Positions 35,599 through 45,076 of a DNA stretch of 64,000 nucleotides are shown here, piece by piece. Origin of the DNA: an uncultured Pseudomonadota bacterium (GTDB lineage: Bacteria; Pseudomonadota; Alphaproteobacteria; Rs-D84); NCBI GenBank assembly GCA_900320405.1, contig OOHM01000002.1:159211-223210 (forward strand), written 5' to 3'. The notes under the pieces were generated by a model. That model saw nothing but the letters and a program-made list of their open reading frames with translations. It ran no database searches and was not told the origin of the DNA. How positions within the stretch are numbered: the stretch's first letter is position 1; every line of letters begins with the position of its first letter. A program made the position numbers and the translations under genes.

Positions 35599-37223
35599 TG
35601 TTTGAAGTAGGGCGGGATATTTTTAGACACGGTTTTACAGGCGTCGGTGGAAATACACTGGGGCACAGTCGTTTGCGTTTTGTTTATGGGGTATTTTTGG
35701 CTGCGTTCGTGATATTCGCGGGGCGTACATTGCAATTGGCGATTCAGGGAACGAATCGTTCGCGACCGATGGGGGCCGATGGTGCGTGGGGGGTAAACCG
35801 TGCAGATATTATTGACCGCAACGGTGATATATTGGCGAAAAATATTATGTCGGGACATATAACATTGCGTCCAGGTCAGGTTAAAAATCGCGAGGCCGCC
35901 GCACAATTGATTCACGATGTGTTGCCATATGAATATTCTGTGAACGCGGTTTTGAAATTATTAGATTCCGGTCGGCGATTCATATACATTAAAAAATATG
36001 TATCCGATTCCGTGCGCGAGAAAATTTTGGCGGCCAAGGTCAAGGGTGTTGATATAGAATCTGTCCAGGCACGCCGATACCCAAAACGCAGATTATTTTC
36101 ACATGTTGTTGGGTTTGTTGGAAACGATGGACATGGATTGGAAGGCGTGGAACGCACATATGATGCGTATTTGCGTGACAGTAATTCACCACTACAATTA
36201 TCACTGGATTCGCGAATTCAATCGGTATTTTATGAACAATTATCCGGTGCAATGCAGAAATATCGTGCAAAAAGTGCGATGGGGATGCTTATGAATTCCA
36301 GTACCGGCGAAATGATAGCAATGGTATCTTTGCCGGATTTTGATCCGGAAAATTTGGGGTTGGATTCTGCATCGAAACGCAGTTTTATGCCAATGCGTGG
36401 CGTGTTTGAAATGGGGTCTATATTTAAAGTATTTAATACTGCGATGGCAATGGAAAACGGTATCAAAAAAGAATATTATGTTAAAGAACCGTTCAAAATT
36501 CGTGATAAGTTCGGGCGGGTTGCCGCAACAATTCACGATGTGCGCAGTTTTAAGCCGCCGCGCCCGAATTTATCGGTTGAAGAAATAATGTTACATTCCT
36601 GTAATGTGGGCAGTGTGCAAATTGCATTGGATTTGCCGGATGGTACGCAACCAGAATTCTTTCATCGAATCCATTTGGACGAATCTTTGGATTTAGAATT
36701 TGGAAAAACAGAAAAGCCTTTGGTGCCGCGTAAATGGGGGCCGACCGAACGCGCAACCGTATCGTTTGGACACGGAATTTCTGTGACGCCTATGCATTTA
36801 TTGTTGGCGGTAAATTCTATGACAAATGGCGGCATTTATATTTATCCAACATTACAGAAACGGAATTTTGGACCATTGCGTGGGGAACGGGTTTTATCGG
36901 ATGAAATTTCGTCGCGTCTGCGTGGGATTATGTTGCGCATCGCCGAAGAAACAACCGCAAAACAGGCGCGAATCGCGGGTATACAAATTGGTGGTAAAAC
37001 CGCCACGGCCGAAAAGCGCGTAAACGGAACAATTGATAAATTCAAAAATTTAACCGCCTTTGTTGGAATATTCCCGGTTGCCGCACCTCAGTATATTATA
37101 CTGATTGTGTTGGATGAACCCAAGGGCACGGAAGATACATATGGACTGCGTACCGCGGCGTGGAATGCCGTGCCGACCGCAGGAAAAATTTTAGACAGCA
37201 TACTGCCGTTGCTATTTGAATAA
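35595..37223 (+). CDS. ftsI: Peptidoglycan D,D-transpeptidase FtsI (class B PBP3)
   Basis: N-terminal TM anchor and dimerisation domain, then transpeptidase motifs SIFKVF (SxxK), SCN and KTATAE (KTG). Confidence 0.9.
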   Translation: MMFEVGRDIFRHGFTGVGGNTLGHSRLRFVYGVFLAAFVIFAGRTLQLAIQGTNRSRPMGADGAWGVNRADIIDRNGDILAKNIMSGHITLRPGQVKNREAAAQLIHDVLPYEYSVNAVLKLLDSGRRFIYIKKYVSDSVREKILAAKVKGVDIESVQARRYPKRRLFSHVVGFVGNDGHGLEGVERTYDAYLRDSNSPLQLSLDSRIQSVFYEQLSGAMQKYRAKSAMGMLMNSSTGEMIAMVSLPDFDPENLGLDSASKRSFMPMRGVFEMGSIFKVFNTAMAMENGIKKEYYVKEPFKIRDKFGRVAATIHDVRSFKPPRPNLSVEEIMLHSCNVGSVQIALDLPDGTQPEFFHRIHLDESLDLEFGKTEKPLVPRKWGPTERATVSFGHGISVTPMHLLLAVNSMTNGGIYIYPTLQKRNFGPLRGERVLSDEISSRLRGIMLRIAEETTAKQARIAGIQIGGKTATAEKRVNGTIDKFKNLTAFVGIFPVAAPQYIILIVLDEPKGTEDTYGLRTAAWNAVPTAGKILDSILPLLFE

Positions 37224-37265
37224 ATTTATATTATAATTATCCTGATAATAAAAAAGAGTATTACG

Positions 37266-39020
37266 TTGAGAAAGATAGTAGAAAAATCCATGCTGGGGCG
37301 GGCGTGGGTTGTGGCAGATGATGATAATTATTCCGGAACGGGCGAAGATGAATTGTTGCGTCACATTTTATCGAACCGCGGAATATCAGATGCCGATGCA
37401 GAAAAATTTTTGAATCCATCGGTCAAAGAATATATGCCCGATCCATTCGTTTTACAGGATATGCGTGTGGCGGCGCAAATTATTTCCAATGCAATTTTGA
37501 ATAACGAAAAAATTGCGGTCTATGGAGATTATGATGTTGATGGAATTACATCTACGGCGATTTTTGTAAAATATCTAAGATTGGTTGGCGCGGATGTTAT
37601 ATGGCATTTGCCGACGCGTGAAGGTGAAGGGTACGGTTTGAATGCCGATGCGGTACGCGCAATTGCAGAATCGGGCGCAAAATTATTGGTCACGGTTGAC
37701 TGTGGTATAAGCGGCGCGACCGAGGTCGATTTGGCACGATCTTTGGGAATGCGCGTTGTTGTGACCGACCATCATTCGCCGGATAATCAATTGCCAAATG
37801 CCGATGCGGTTGTGAACCCGAAACGGTCGGATGATGAATCGGGACTAACATATTTGGCGGGGGTTGGGGTCGCGTTTTTGACCTTGGTCGCGGTCAATCG
37901 CGAATTAAAAAATTCGGGTCGTACCGATTTGGTTGAAAAGATGCAGTCTATAAATTTATTGAATTTTTTGGATTGTGTCGCATTGGGAACAATATGCGAT
38001 ACGATGTTGTTGGTGGGGTTAAATCGTGCATTTGTTGCGACGGGATTAAAGGTTTTGAACCTTAGACAAAATTTGGGTCTGCGTGTTTTAATGGATGTCG
38101 CGCGGGTTGATAAAATTTCGGTCTATACGGCGGGATTTGTGATTGGGCCGCGGTTGAATGCGGCGGGGCGTTTGGATTCTGCGGCACCGGCATTGGAATT
38201 ATTGCTGACTGGTAATCCGCTGATTGCGTATGATTTGGCAAATAAATTAGATGCGATGAATCAGGAAAGAATCAATATACAAAATGCCATTATGACTCAG
38301 GCAACCGACATAGCCGACCGGCATTGCGCTGATGGTCGGTGCAGTTTGTTTATTTGTGGTGATAATTGGCACGGTGGTGTGATGGGAATTATTGCGGGGC
38401 GTCTAAAAGACAAATATAATTTGCCAACCTGTGTCGCAACGCGTGCAGATGGTATGATAAATGGTTCGGGGCGTTCGATTGCCGGGGTAAATTTGGGTGC
38501 GATAATTCATGACGCGTTGGCCCACGGCATTATTTGTGAAGGTGGTGGGCACGCGGCGGCTGCGGGATTTTCTTTGCCGGCGGATAAAGAACACGATTTC
38601 TGTGAATTTCTGGAACGATCGGTTCTGGATCAATTAAATGGCACTTTGCCTGCGACCGATACAAATGTAGATTTGGAAATTGATGCCGGTGGTGCAACCA
38701 TGAAATTAATAAAAAAATTGGATCAAATGGAACCATTCGGCCAGGGAAATCCAGAACCAACATTGGTATTGCGTGGCGCGGTTTTGAATCATGCGGTGTT
38801 GATGGGACGCGGTGGATTACACCTGCGTGGCGATTTCCGCACATCTGCGGGCACGCGTTTGGACTTTGTCGGGTTCAATTTGGTTGGAACACCGGTGGGC
38901 AATTTTTTACTGGACGATGCGAACATAAATACTAAAATGATGGTGTTGGGTCGGTTAAAAGAAAATTCTTATAACGGCCGGGTCAGTGCACAATTCATTC
39001 TGGAAGACATCGCGATATGA
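37266..39020 (+). CDS. recJ: Single-stranded-DNA-specific exonuclease RecJ
   Basis: DHH motifs (DYDVDGITS, VTDHH), DHHA1 region (GGGHAAAAG) and a C-terminal OB-like domain. Possible TTG start at 37266, or ATG at 37290. Confidence 0.9.
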   Translation: MRKIVEKSMLGRAWVVADDDNYSGTGEDELLRHILSNRGISDADAEKFLNPSVKEYMPDPFVLQDMRVAAQIISNAILNNEKIAVYGDYDVDGITSTAIFVKYLRLVGADVIWHLPTREGEGYGLNADAVRAIAESGAKLLVTVDCGISGATEVDLARSLGMRVVVTDHHSPDNQLPNADAVVNPKRSDDESGLTYLAGVGVAFLTLVAVNRELKNSGRTDLVEKMQSINLLNFLDCVALGTICDTMLLVGLNRAFVATGLKVLNLRQNLGLRVLMDVARVDKISVYTAGFVIGPRLNAAGRLDSAAPALELLLTGNPLIAYDLANKLDAMNQERINIQNAIMTQATDIADRHCADGRCSLFICGDNWHGGVMGIIAGRLKDKYNLPTCVATRADGMINGSGRSIAGVNLGAIIHDALAHGIICEGGGHAAAAGFSLPADKEHDFCEFLERSVLDQLNGTLPATDTNVDLEIDAGGATMKLIKKLDQMEPFGQGNPEPTLVLRGAVLNHAVLMGRGGLHLRGDFRTSAGTRLDFVGFNLVGTPVGNFLLDDANINTKMMVLGRLKENSYNGRVSAQFILEDIAI

Positions 39021-39979
39021 TAACAAAAGAACAGATAAACATTTTTGATGAAAAAATAAGGGCCGCCGGGTCGATTGTCATATGTGCACATAAAAATCCG
39101 GATGGGGATGCGTTGTGTTCTGTGTTGGCCTTGGCGCATTTAATCGAGATAAATTATGGCAAAGATGTTGTTTGTATATATGATGGGAATATTCCGGATA
39201 ACCTGGATGATGTACCTTTGCGCCGGCGTATGCGTTATTTTGAACATATTGAAAATGACGCGCCGTTTGATGTCGCAATTGTTTTGGACTATGGTATTGA
39301 AAAGAATATCGGGGGACCGCATAAATTTATTGAAAACGCCGGATTTATAATTGAATTGGATCACCACATAAATGATGAAAAAATTGGCGCGTTAAGTATA
39401 GATGATGAAAATGCCGCCGCCACGACCGAGATTATATATAACCTTATGGTGGTGGCCGGGTGGAATACAGATTTAACGGCTGCACGATTGATAATGACGG
39501 GTATAATTACAGACACCGGGTGCTTTAAGTATGCGAAGCGTGGCGATGTTATGCGTATTGCGGCAAATTTGATAGAAGACGGTGTTGATATTCAACGCAT
39601 TGTGAACGATTTGACAAATAAACCGCGTAAGACTGTTGTGACCGAGGCCGCATCGGTTGGTGCCACAGAATTTTTCTATAAAAACAAATTGGCAATTGCG
39701 ATTATTGATGCCGCCCAGTATAAGCATATCGATGGTCGCGGTGAAACGGCATTGAATTTGTTGGGGCAAATGCGTGGTTTGGAATATGTGGTTTTGTTAA
39801 AGGAACAAAAACCGAATCAAATTGGCGTGTCTTTGCGTGGCCGTGGACATGCGGTTGATAAAATTGCGTTGGCGTTGGGTGGTGGCGGACACGAATATGC
39901 CGCGGGTGCCGTTGTTTATGATACATTGGAAAATGTAAAAAAACGTGTTCTGGATTTATTCAAGGGGGTTATAAAATGA
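39017..39979 (+). CDS. DHH/DHHA1 phosphoesterase, NrnA-like (oligoribonuclease/pAp phosphatase)
   Basis: HKNPDGDALCS, DHH and C-terminal GGGHEYAAG motifs. 320 aa. Confidence 0.8.
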   Translation: MITKEQINIFDEKIRAAGSIVICAHKNPDGDALCSVLALAHLIEINYGKDVVCIYDGNIPDNLDDVPLRRRMRYFEHIENDAPFDVAIVLDYGIEKNIGGPHKFIENAGFIIELDHHINDEKIGALSIDDENAAATTEIIYNLMVVAGWNTDLTAARLIMTGIITDTGCFKYAKRGDVMRIAANLIEDGVDIQRIVNDLTNKPRKTVVTEAASVGATEFFYKNKLAIAIIDAAQYKHIDGRGETALNLLGQMRGLEYVVLLKEQKPNQIGVSLRGRGHAVDKIALALGGGGHEYAAGAVVYDTLENVKKRVLDLFKGVIK

Positions 39980-40590
39980 AGAGATTTTTAATTGCGTGCG
40001 TGTGTGCATTGATTGCGAATTCTGCATTTGCGGCGGTGGATGGCGCATTGATTGCGCGGGCAGAAAAATATTTGAATTCGGTGACGGGTTTGACCGGTAA
40101 TTTTGTTCAAACAAATAATGGCAAGAAAGAGCAGGGGACTTTTTCTATGTTGCGTCCCGGTCGTGTGCGTTTGGATTATAAAAATATGCCGGTTCAGTTG
40201 ATGGCGGATGGCGCGGATTTATATTTCTATGATAAATCTTTGGACCAGATTACAACGGTGCCGTTGACCAGTACGCCCGCCGGAATATTGGTTCGTAAAA
40301 AAATAGATTTGCAAAATGCAGATATTAATGTGGTTGATACGAAGGATTCCAACGATACATTCACATTAAAAATGAATCTGCGCGGTCAAGAAGGTTTGGG
40401 TAATATGTCGGTTGTATTTAATAAAAAGCCGATGGGATTAAATTCTTGGACGATTGTTGATGCAACCGGAAATAAAACCGATGTGCGTTTTGCTAATTTG
40501 AAACAAAAAACAGATTTTGGAAAAAACTATTTCCAAATACAACGTCACAAAACCGTCAGTACCAGTGGTGGCGACGATTTCTATGATTAA
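39976..40590 (+). CDS. lolA: Outer-membrane lipoprotein carrier protein LolA-like
   Basis: Signal peptide, then the conserved LolA core (GNFVQTN...TFSMLRPGRVRLDYK...). ~200 aa. Confidence 0.7.
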   Translation: MKRFLIACVCALIANSAFAAVDGALIARAEKYLNSVTGLTGNFVQTNNGKKEQGTFSMLRPGRVRLDYKNMPVQLMADGADLYFYDKSLDQITTVPLTSTPAGILVRKKIDLQNADINVVDTKDSNDTFTLKMNLRGQEGLGNMSVVFNKKPMGLNSWTIVDATGNKTDVRFANLKQKTDFGKNYFQIQRHKTVSTSGGDDFYD

Positions 40591-40592
40591 AT

Positions 40593-40877
40593 ATGTTCGG
40601 AATAAGTTGGGCAGAATTTATCGTTATTTTATTGGTCGCGGTGTTGGTTATACCTGCGCGATATTGGCCGGATGTGGCGCGTTGGTTGGCGCGCGCGGTT
40701 AAGTTTATTCGAAAAATAGTCTGGAAAATTACCGATGCATCCGAAAAAATCAAAGAACAAATTGAATTAGAAGAACCAATCAATGATATTATGAACACAA
40801 CAACGCGCGATGTGCTGGACGCGTTTTCGGTGAAAAAAACAAAACAAAATAAAAAACGGGGCGGTGGCAAAAAATGA
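40593..40877 (+). CDS. tatB: Twin-arginine translocase subunit TatB
   Basis: MFGISWAEFIVILLVAVLVI TM helix, then an amphipathic helix. Directly upstream of tatC. Confidence 0.75.
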   Translation: MFGISWAEFIVILLVAVLVIPARYWPDVARWLARAVKFIRKIVWKITDASEKIKEQIELEEPINDIMNTTTRDVLDAFSVKKTKQNKKRGGGKK

Positions 40878-41578
40878 AAAAGATGACATTGATGCAACAT
40901 TTTGCCGAACTGCGTCGCCGCGTTTTGTGGACACTGGCGTTTTTTATTGTCGCATTTGGGGCGGGGTGGTTTGTTGCACCATATATTCAAGAATTCTTGA
41001 CCGCGCCATTGATTGATGTGTGGGATGATGCGCAATTGCTCTATACGGGAATAACCGATGGGTTGATGATAAATTTGTCGTTGGCTTTATTGGTTGCGGT
41101 TATGATGACAACACCATTTGCGTTGTGGCAAATTTGGGCGTTTGTTGCGCCGGGACTGCATAAAAACGAGCGTGATTTTATTGTGCCTATTTTTGTTATA
41201 TCGCCGATTTTGTTTTTGGCGGGTGCGGCATTTGCATTTTATGTTCTGTTTCCAACCGTGTTTGGATTTTTCATAGAATTAAATGAATCGGCTCCGGTGC
41301 CGGCGATAATAATGCCGGCGGCGCGCGATTATTTGATATTTGCGATTCGTTTATTAAAGGTTTTCGGAATCGCATTTCAATTACCATTGGTTATGGTGTT
41401 GTTAAATCGTGCAGGAGTGTTGGCGCGCGAACGTGTAGTTGCGATGCGTCGTTATGCGATAATCCTGATTGTGATTATGGCGGCGGTGTTAACCCCCCCA
41501 GATGTTGTTTCGCAAATATTGTTGGCCGTGCCAATGTGGGCACTGTTCGAAATCAGCATTTTGTTTATGAAGAAATAA
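40874..41578 (+). CDS. tatC: Twin-arginine translocase subunit TatC
   Basis: HFAELRRRVLWTLAFFIVAF plus a 6-TM TatC architecture. Confidence 0.9.
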   Translation: MKKMTLMQHFAELRRRVLWTLAFFIVAFGAGWFVAPYIQEFLTAPLIDVWDDAQLLYTGITDGLMINLSLALLVAVMMTTPFALWQIWAFVAPGLHKNERDFIVPIFVISPILFLAGAAFAFYVLFPTVFGFFIELNESAPVPAIIMPAARDYLIFAIRLLKVFGIAFQLPLVMVLLNRAGVLARERVVAMRRYAIILIVIMAAVLTPPDVVSQILLAVPMWALFEISILFMKK

Positions 41579-41626
41579 CCGGTACATAATATTTATTTTA
41601 TATGTTTTTTATGATATAATTCGTGT

Positions 41627-43207
41627 ATGAGGAATTTTTTGGCGGCTTTGGGTGCGGTTGTGTTTGGCGCGTTGGTTGCGTCATGTGATTTGCAACCCAA
41701 AATAACCGCGTTGCCCGATACGGTTGGCGATTTTATATCGGCCCGGTACCCTGCGATGTTGGCCGACCCAGATACAGAACCCGAAATTTATAATTCCGCC
41801 GTGTCCGACTATGGCGTGTACGCTTCGCCGGAATTATATGGTTCTGTTGGTATGGATGATTATGTGAATTATGCCGCGGTTGACGATTACATATTAAAGC
41901 CAGAACAGACGCCGGTGGTTGAAACCGAACCGGTTAAACCATCCGCGCCCGCAACAAAAACAGAATCGGCACCGGCCGCACCGGTTGCTGAACCGGAATC
42001 AAAGACTGAGCCCGAACCAGAGCCGGTGCCCGAACCGGAACCAGAACCAGACGATGTTTTGAATATTCCAGAATACGAAAACGATGAATTAAATATTCCG
42101 GCGCGTGCGGCGGCGGGCGCTGTGTTGGTGCGACGTGGCGATACATTGTATTCCATTGCGCGTGAAAATAATACCACGGTTGCGGAATTGGCGCGTGTGA
42201 ATAACCTGAAAGAACCATATACAATAAAAATTGGACAAAGTTTGAAATTAAAGGATGAACCCAAACCGGCGCCAGTAAAGTCGGTTGAACCCAAAAAACC
42301 GGAACCGGTAAAACAGCCGGTTGCAAAGACCGAACCAAAGCCGGTTGAACAAAAAACGTCTGCCAAACCGGCTGTGACACCGGTCGAAACAAAACCGATT
42401 GAGAAAAAAACCGCAACAAAACCGGTGCCAGAAAAGACAAAAGATGTTCGGGTGCCGTTAAAGACTGTGACGGTGGCGCGTGGTGATACGCTGTATTCTT
42501 TGTCGCGGAAATATGAGATTCCAGTGAATGATTTGGCGGTTATGAACGGACTTTCGGCACCTTTTGCATTGAATGTGGGGCAAAAACTGCGTGTGCCGGA
42601 TTTGCCGGATTCCAAGCCTGCGCCGGCCAAGACGACAACAAAAACTGCGTCAGGTACAACAACCAAGACCGAAAAAACAAAAACTGTAAAGCCGGCGGAA
42701 AAATCCGCAAAAGCAACCAAACCGGCGCAATCCAAGGCGGAAACAAAAACGCCCCAGAAAACAAAAACAACAGAAACCAAAACAACCACGCCGGCAAAAT
42801 CGCAACCCCAGAAAATTGCCGCACGTTCGTCGTCTAAATTTACATGGCCGGTGCGTGGAACAATTTTGTCACACTATGGTGCGAAGTCGGGTGGTTTGTA
42901 TAACGATGGAATAAATATTGCGGCGGCAGTTGGCACAACGGTTGTCGCGGCGGAAAATGGTGTCGTCGCATACGCCGGAAATGAAGTCAAAGGTATGGGA
43001 AATTTAATTATAATTCAACACGAAGGTGGTTGGATGACGGTCTATGCGCATTTGAATTCTATGGCGGTGCGTCGTGGTGTGCGTGTTTCGGTCGGGCAAA
43101 AAATTGGGACGGTCGGGCAGACCGGTAAAGTGACGAAACCGCAATTACACTTTGAAATTCGCAAGGCGACAAAATCATATAACCCGACAAACTATTTGAA
43201 AAAGTGA
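41627..43207 (+). CDS. Lipoprotein with two LysM domains and a C-terminal M23 (LytM) peptidase domain; NlpD/EnvC-like
   Basis: Lipobox LVASC. LysM motifs VRRGDTLYSIAREN...IGQSL and VARGDTLYSLSRKY...VGQKL. M23 region GINIAA...HEGGWMTVYAHL...HFEIRK. Pro/Lys/Thr-rich low-complexity linkers. Confidence 0.85.
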   Translation: MRNFLAALGAVVFGALVASCDLQPKITALPDTVGDFISARYPAMLADPDTEPEIYNSAVSDYGVYASPELYGSVGMDDYVNYAAVDDYILKPEQTPVVETEPVKPSAPATKTESAPAAPVAEPESKTEPEPEPVPEPEPEPDDVLNIPEYENDELNIPARAAAGAVLVRRGDTLYSIARENNTTVAELARVNNLKEPYTIKIGQSLKLKDEPKPAPVKSVEPKKPEPVKQPVAKTEPKPVEQKTSAKPAVTPVETKPIEKKTATKPVPEKTKDVRVPLKTVTVARGDTLYSLSRKYEIPVNDLAVMNGLSAPFALNVGQKLRVPDLPDSKPAPAKTTTKTASGTTTKTEKTKTVKPAEKSAKATKPAQSKAETKTPQKTKTTETKTTTPAKSQPQKIAARSSSKFTWPVRGTILSHYGAKSGGLYNDGINIAAAVGTTVVAAENGVVAYAGNEVKGMGNLIIIQHEGGWMTVYAHLNSMAVRRGVRVSVGQKIGTVGQTGKVTKPQLHFEIRKATKSYNPTNYLKK

Positions 43208-43359
43208 TTTGTATGCGCATGGGGATTGCACATCCCCATCCGTCACATAAATGTGCCGTGATGGGTCCCCTTCCACTCGCAACGGTTTTGCGGTATTTCA
43301 TTTGCAAAACCGGCTATCGTGTCGAACCCCGTGGGGTTCTCGTCCAATGTCCCAATGCA

Positions 43360-43382
43360 AAAATAAAAACCGGCAAAAGCCG
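43360..43382 (-). terminator. Rho-independent terminator of tRNA-Lys (minus strand)
   Basis: ccggc-aaaa-gccg hairpin. A U-run follows on the minus strand (A-run 43360-43369 on +). Confidence 0.5.
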
Positions 43383-43393
43383 ATTTTAATTTT

Positions 43394-43469
43394 TGGTGGG
43401 CGCATGGGGACTCGAACCCCAGACCCACTGATTAAGAGTCAGTTGCTCTACCAACTGAGCTATGCACCC
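43394..43469 (-). tRNA. tRNA-Lys (anticodon CTT)
   Basis: Reverse complement folds as a cloverleaf: acceptor GGGTGCA/TGCGCCC, D-arm AGCTCAGTTGGTAGAGC, anticodon stem ACTGA/TCAGT with loop CTCTTAA, T-arm GGTTCGAGTCC, encoded CCA end. 76 nt. Confidence 0.9.
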
Positions 43470-43653
43470 ATGGGTCGATAAGACCCGCAAATTATATAAC
43501 CTTTTTTCAAAAATGCAAGTTTTTATCGTATGCCACACGGACCGCGGTGCAGAAAGGTATCCATACCTATATAAACTTTCATATCTGCGTGATAAGATTT
43601 AATTGTCAAAGAGTGTCAATGCACCCTTGGGAACAACAAAAAAAGGAGAAAAA

Positions 43654-44262
43654 ATGAAAAAAGTTGCTATTCCTGTTTTGGCGGCGGTTGTTGCGTGTCC
43701 TGCAATGGCCGGTCAACATTACCAAAACGAAAGTTTTTGGGATTCAATAAATCCGTATATGGCACTGCGTATCGGTGCGGGATATACAAATCATAACTAT
43801 AACTATAATAACAAAAAAGATTCTTTAACCGATGAAGAATTGCATGGTCGTGCCGCACTTGGTTTGGCAATGTGGTGCAACAAGGCGCGTACAGAAATTG
43901 AATGGTCTATATTTACCAAGACCAAAGATGATGCTTCGTTTAATACCGGAAACAGTATCAAGGTTGATACAAAATTACAAACGTTGTTGATGAACGCCTA
44001 TATGGATTTGGGTGATTATCAAATGATTCGTCCGTTCGTTGGTTTTGGTGCTGGTGTTGCGTTCGCAGATGTGTCACGCGCTGTGCCGGGCGAAGCAGTA
44101 TATAACCGTGATCGTACACGTTTTGCCGCAATGGGAACAATGGGTATGACTTTTGATTGGCGTGTGTTCGCTGTGGATATGGCGTTCCGCTATACATATG
44201 CAGACGTAAATTCTGGGCTGCATAATTTTGGCGGCGATATCGGTATAAGATATATGTTCTAA
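43654..44262 (+). CDS. Predicted small outer-membrane beta-barrel protein (OmpA/OmpW-like 8-strand type), C-terminal ...RYMF
   Basis: RBS aaaaggag. Signal peptide MKKVAIPVLAAVVACPAMA. Alternating hydrophobic beta-strands and a terminal Phe. Confidence 0.6.
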   Translation: MKKVAIPVLAAVVACPAMAGQHYQNESFWDSINPYMALRIGAGYTNHNYNYNNKKDSLTDEELHGRAALGLAMWCNKARTEIEWSIFTKTKDDASFNTGNSIKVDTKLQTLLMNAYMDLGDYQMIRPFVGFGAGVAFADVSRAVPGEAVYNRDRTRFAAMGTMGMTFDWRVFAVDMAFRYTYADVNSGLHNFGGDIGIRYMF

Positions 44263-44295
44263 GATATTCATGTTCCGAATCAATCAAATGTTGTT

Positions 44296-44326
44296 AGACC
44301 CCGAAAATTTTTGGGGTCTTTTTTTA
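44296..44326 (+). terminator. Rho-independent terminator after the beta-barrel protein gene
   Basis: agacccc-gaaaattttt-ggggtct hairpin plus a T-run. Confidence 0.6.
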
Positions 44327-44411
44327 TGGTTTGATTTTTTTTAGGCAATCATACCTGACGCAAATCTGAAATATTTATAATATAATTTCCATTGTAACCA
44401 AGGAGAAAAAA

Positions 44412-44969
44412 ATGAACAAAATCTTTACAAAAATAACAACTGTTAGTCTATCAATTGTGGCGGCATTGATTTTGGCCGGATGTAGCACCAATTGCGGTGG
44501 ACGTCATCATATGCAAAAGCATCATGAGCATCGTGGTGCATCCCAAGCCCAAGAAGTTGTGGTTTATGAAGCCAGCGAGACCGTTGTTGCTGAAATTCCA
44601 ATGTCAAATGTTATGAAGGCACAAATGTATACTCGCAGCAGTCGTGGCGGTACATCGGAAATGGGGTATATCAAATTTGCTCAAACCGATAATGGTACAA
44701 AAATGATGGTCGATGTCACAGATTTGCGTCCTGGTAAAGAATATACGGTAAAAATTTATCCGTGTGGAAATTGTGTCGACAGCAGTTGTTGCGCATCAAA
44801 GTGTATGAATGTTAAATTGCCGATGTTGGGCGTTGATGAACCGGGGCGTTTGACCAAAACATACACTGTTCGTGGTTTGAACTGTGCGGATTTGGCAAAT
44901 GCGAAAATTGTTTTGACGCGTGATGGCGGATACAAGGCTGCGTGGGGCAGAATTTATCCGGCAAACTAA
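44412..44969 (+). CDS. Predicted lipoprotein (lipobox LAGC) with a His-rich N-terminal stretch and a Cys-rich region
   Basis: MNKIFTKITTVSLSIVAALILAGCS signal. RBS aaggag. HHMQKHHEH and CGNCVDSSCCASKC segments. No confident domain. Confidence 0.5.
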   Translation: MNKIFTKITTVSLSIVAALILAGCSTNCGGRHHMQKHHEHRGASQAQEVVVYEASETVVAEIPMSNVMKAQMYTRSSRGGTSEMGYIKFAQTDNGTKMMVDVTDLRPGKEYTVKIYPCGNCVDSSCCASKCMNVKLPMLGVDEPGRLTKTYTVRGLNCADLANAKIVLTRDGGYKAAWGRIYPAN

Positions 44970-45076
44970 ATAAAATGCTTGTTTGTGTACCAGACTACGG
45001 ACGCGATTTGCGTCCGTTTTCATATTTTATTTTTTTTGCTTTAAGAATGAAATCCTGTGTGTTAGTATGGGGTCAA

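Noticed and set aside
41887-42789. 300-aa minus-strand ORF inside the M23/LysM peptidase gene
   Set aside because: It is antisense to the Pro/Lys/Thr-rich low-complexity linker region. It has no RBS or start context. The + strand frame has LysM and M23 motifs.
44412-44969. Cu/Zn superoxide-dismutase-like assignment for the lipoprotein
   Set aside because: A faint G-x-I-x-F-x-Q...L-x-PG resemblance to SodC was noted. The metal-ligand histidines of the SOD active site are not present in the corresponding positions, so the assignment is too weak to make.
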